Source: Candidatus Hodarchaeota archaeon (GTDB lineage Archaea; Asgardarchaeota; Heimdallarchaeia; Hodarchaeales; Hodarchaeaceae). Taken from it: a stretch of 19,030 nt of DNA. Where the stretch lies: assembly GCA_016839815.1 (NCBI GenBank), contig JAEOTM010000074.1:1-19030 (forward strand), read 5' to 3'. Shown piece by piece: positions 16,773 to 19,030 of this stretch (within the stretch, counting starts at the first letter, position 1; each line of letters opens with the position of its first letter). The notes under the pieces are model-generated. The model was given only the letters and a program-made list of their open reading frames with translations. It searched no databases and was not told where the DNA came from. A program made the translations under genes and the position numbers.

Positions 16773-17711
16773 CTCCAAAGCTCGTACATAAGCCAATGTT
16801 GCTTCATTAAAAGGAATAGGAACGTTGAATTGTTTCCCAATCTCCACTATTTTTCCATTTAGAAATTCTATTTCAGTTGGGTTTTTATTCTCTATATCAA
16901 TTAACATAGAGGGTTTATGGTGTCCTCCTTTTGATAAATAACCCATACAGATATCATGGAAGTTAGTATCGAAAGAAATCCCCAACTTTGCTGCAATTGT
17001 TATTCCTTCCTTAATAATACCACTAGCAAGATTATTGGTATCGTTATGCTCCATTGCTTCCTTCATAGTTTGACCAGTAATTGCACACACAGGAGCAAGG
17101 GCAGCATTCAAAATTACTTTTTTCCAGACTGCATGTTGAATATTTTCAACAAATTCTGTTTGAAAGTTCTTTGAGGATACCAATTCTGCAATTGATTTGG
17201 CTCTATCGTATGAGTTTGGTGATACCGCTCCTACAAAATTCGGAGGATTGAAAAAGGTCATATCAATAATTCCTGGTTTCAGGATATTGCCCGCATAATT
17301 AATCACATTTCGGAAAGCTCTCTCCGCTCCGAATGTTTCTACAAGGATATCTTCATTACCAGCACCATTTTGATGAATAACAACTAGCGTTTCATCTGAA
17401 ATAACTTTTTCTAAATCTTGGACGACTTGTTTTAGATATGGTGTCTTAACACTTATGAAAACTAGGTTTATATTAGAATCAATCAATTGTAAAATTGAAG
17501 TCTTTAGGTGCTCATTATCAAAATGAACTATTTGATTAGTTACTCCCAAGATTTGAAGACCAAAATTTTGAATTGCTTCAATATGTGCCTTCCAAATATC
17601 AACTAAAGTAACTTCAACATTTTTTTGAGCTAAGAAAGCTCCAAGAATACCACCTGATGGACCCGCCCCAATAATTGCAACTTTAAATTCTCTTTCATTC
17701 ATATCAAACAT
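16761..17711 (-). CDS. panE: Ketopantoate reductase (PanE/ApbA) family 2-oxoacid reductase
   Basis: IIGAGPSGG, SVK, HQNG, WKKVILNAA, SMLIDI and TEIEFLNGKIV motifs. Confidence 0.85.
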   Translation of the reverse strand: MFDMNEREFKVAIIGAGPSGGILGAFLAQKNVEVTLVDIWKAHIEAIQNFGLQILGVTNQIVHFDNEHLKTSILQLIDSNINLVFISVKTPYLKQVVQDLEKVISDETLVVIHQNGAGNEDILVETFGAERAFRNVINYAGNILKPGIIDMTFFNPPNFVGAVSPNSYDRAKSIAELVSSKNFQTEFVENIQHAVWKKVILNAALAPVCAITGQTMKEAMEHNDTNNLASGIIKEGITIAAKLGISFDTNFHDICMGYLSKGGHHKPSMLIDIENKNPTEIEFLNGKIVEIGKQFNVPIPFNEATLAYVRALESKY

Positions 17712-17859
17712 GTCCCTAATTTAAAAAGGAAGAATTTTCTTTTTCAAAATTTTTTGTAATTTGTGTCTTAACACAAAATAATTGGTCTTTTAACCTAAAA
17801 TAAAAGATTAAATACTTTTATACTGTTTTGAGTCTTTTATATATTTTGAGAATTTACAC

Positions 17860-18651
17860 TTATGACTCTGAATCTACAGCGTATAAAGCTGCACCTAGGG
17901 CAACAAAAAGTTGTGGATCAGGGGGAACTAGAATTGTTTTATCCAGTACATCTTTAAAAATGTCGATAATTACAGGATTGTGAGCTACAACTCCTCCCGT
18001 TAAAACTACATCATTCTCAATTGTATCTATTTCAATTACCCGTTGGACAATGGAATGAAATGCTCCACGGATCATATCTTCTGCTTTAACTCCTTCTCTA
18101 ATTCGAGCTAATATTTCCGTCCCTGCAAACACAGTACAATAACTACTTATTTTTTTTGGATCCGAAGATAGGCTTGCTAGTTCATTCAGATCTCTAGAGG
18201 GGATCCTCATCTTTAATGCTAGCTCCTCTAAAAATGTACCAGTACCAGCGGCACATTTTCTGTTCATTTTAAAGCTAGCTTGTTTTCCATTGCGTACTTT
18301 GATAATTTTTGTGTCTTGCCCTCCAATATCAATTATTGTTAGTGATTTTTCTGGATATAGGAAATTTGCAGCCTTTGCAGAGCAACTTATTTCAGTAATT
18401 GGTAGAATAGGTATTTTTTCGATTGTAAAATTCTTTCGTCCAAATCCTGATGTTACTACTTGTTTAATGTCAAGAAGGAATAACTCCTCTGAAAAAGATG
18501 TTTGTAAGGCTTTTTCTGCGGCAGCTTGTAAATTTACACCTGAGAAGTTAATACCTGACCCAGAGATGTTTTTATTTTGATCAAGTAATACTGTTTTTGT
18601 AAAGGATGATCCAATATCGATTCCTGCATAGAGGGATTTTCGTGACACCAT
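17860..18651 (-). CDS. 2-hydroxyacyl-CoA dehydratase activase / BadF-BadG-BcrA-BcrD family ATPase
   Basis: GIDIGSSFTK, TSGFGR, IDIGGQDTK, MNRKCAAGTGTFLE, SSYCTVFA and LTGGVVAHN. Confidence 0.9.
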   Translation of the reverse strand: MVSRKSLYAGIDIGSSFTKTVLLDQNKNISGSGINFSGVNLQAAAEKALQTSFSEELFLLDIKQVVTSGFGRKNFTIEKIPILPITEISCSAKAANFLYPEKSLTIIDIGGQDTKIIKVRNGKQASFKMNRKCAAGTGTFLEELALKMRIPSRDLNELASLSSDPKKISSYCTVFAGTEILARIREGVKAEDMIRGAFHSIVQRVIEIDTIENDVVLTGGVVAHNPVIIDIFKDVLDKTILVPPDPQLFVALGAALYAVDSES

Positions 18652-18690
18652 TTATTCTCCTTTCATGTTATTGTATTAATAATATCATCT

Positions 18691-19030
18691 TTAAATCCCA
18701 GCCAGCTGTTCTATAAAGGCTTCAATATTTGTTTTTGTCTGTTCTTCACTGTAAACATTTAGATCATTAAGATCAGCATCAATTACTAAATTAGGAACAT
18801 TAGTTTGCATTTCCAATCTTTTTGGCATCCCATACTGCGTATTGGAGTTATTTGGACATGTTCTAGCATTATGGAAAAATATTCCATCAATATTAAACGC
18901 ATCTATCATATTTTTCAAGTATTTTATTTTACTAGCTTCGGATTGGTTAATGAAAAGTTTTGTGTAAGCTCTAGCCATGCTTGAATAGGGTTCATTCCGA
19001 TTAAAATCGGAAAATATCCAACTGTTACAG
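18691..19030 (-). CDS. C-terminal part of a 2-hydroxyacyl-CoA dehydratase / benzoyl-CoA reductase B-type subunit (start lies beyond the right edge)
   Basis: Frame is open to the window edge: ...CNSWIFSDFNRNEPYSSMARAYTKLFI...IDGIFFHNARTCPNNS...VPNLVIDADLND...TNIEAFIEQL, a typical HgdA/B-family C-terminus; sits upstream of an activase. Confidence 0.85.
   Translation of the reverse strand, partial: CNSWIFSDFNRNEPYSSMARAYTKLFINQSEASKIKYLKNMIDAFNIDGIFFHNARTCPNNSNTQYGMPKRLEMQTNVPNLVIDADLNDLNVYSEEQTKTNIEAFIEQLAGI

Noticed and set aside
18691-18978. 95-aa stand-alone ORF as given in the track
   Set aside because: The frame stays open to the window edge; it is the C-terminal part of a longer dehydratase/reductase subunit.
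1-19030. CRISPR arrays, tRNA/rRNA genes, long repeats
   Set aside because: Intergenic spaces are short and AT-rich; no regularly spaced repeats or GC-rich structured RNA seen by eye.

Overview
AT-rich, gene-dense, probably archaeal window. The archaeal call rests on GGTGA/GAGGTGA ribosome-binding sites, TTTATATAAA TATA boxes, a DUF2080 protein, a thiolase+DUF35 pair and a SAMP/MoaD-like protein; an Asgard-like lineage is only an inference. It carries an anaerobic aromatic-degradation island. The + strand operon is DUF2080 - GNAT (BadL-like) - class I ATP-dependent benzoyl-CoA reductase bzdNOPQ - ferredoxin bzdM - bzdV-like NAD(P)H:ferredoxin oxidoreductase - small CxxC protein. Divergent from it is a tungsten/molybdenum aldehyde:ferredoxin oxidoreductase operon: MoaD-like protein, an un-called 48-aa zinc-ribbon protein, AOR and a FeS subunit. 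A - strand modified beta-oxidation operon holds dch, had, thiolase and an un-called DUF35/OB-fold-SDR fusion running off the left edge. There is also an HdrD/GlcF-like CCG protein with a vestigial FAD-domain N-terminus. At the right edge is a second 2-hydroxyacyl-CoA dehydratase/BCR-family system with its activase, followed by a PanE-like reductase. No ring hydrolase (oah/bzdY) or benzoate-CoA ligase is present in the window. No RNA genes, CRISPR arrays or intact mobile elements were seen. Family assignments come from motif recognition and gene order, not database searches.
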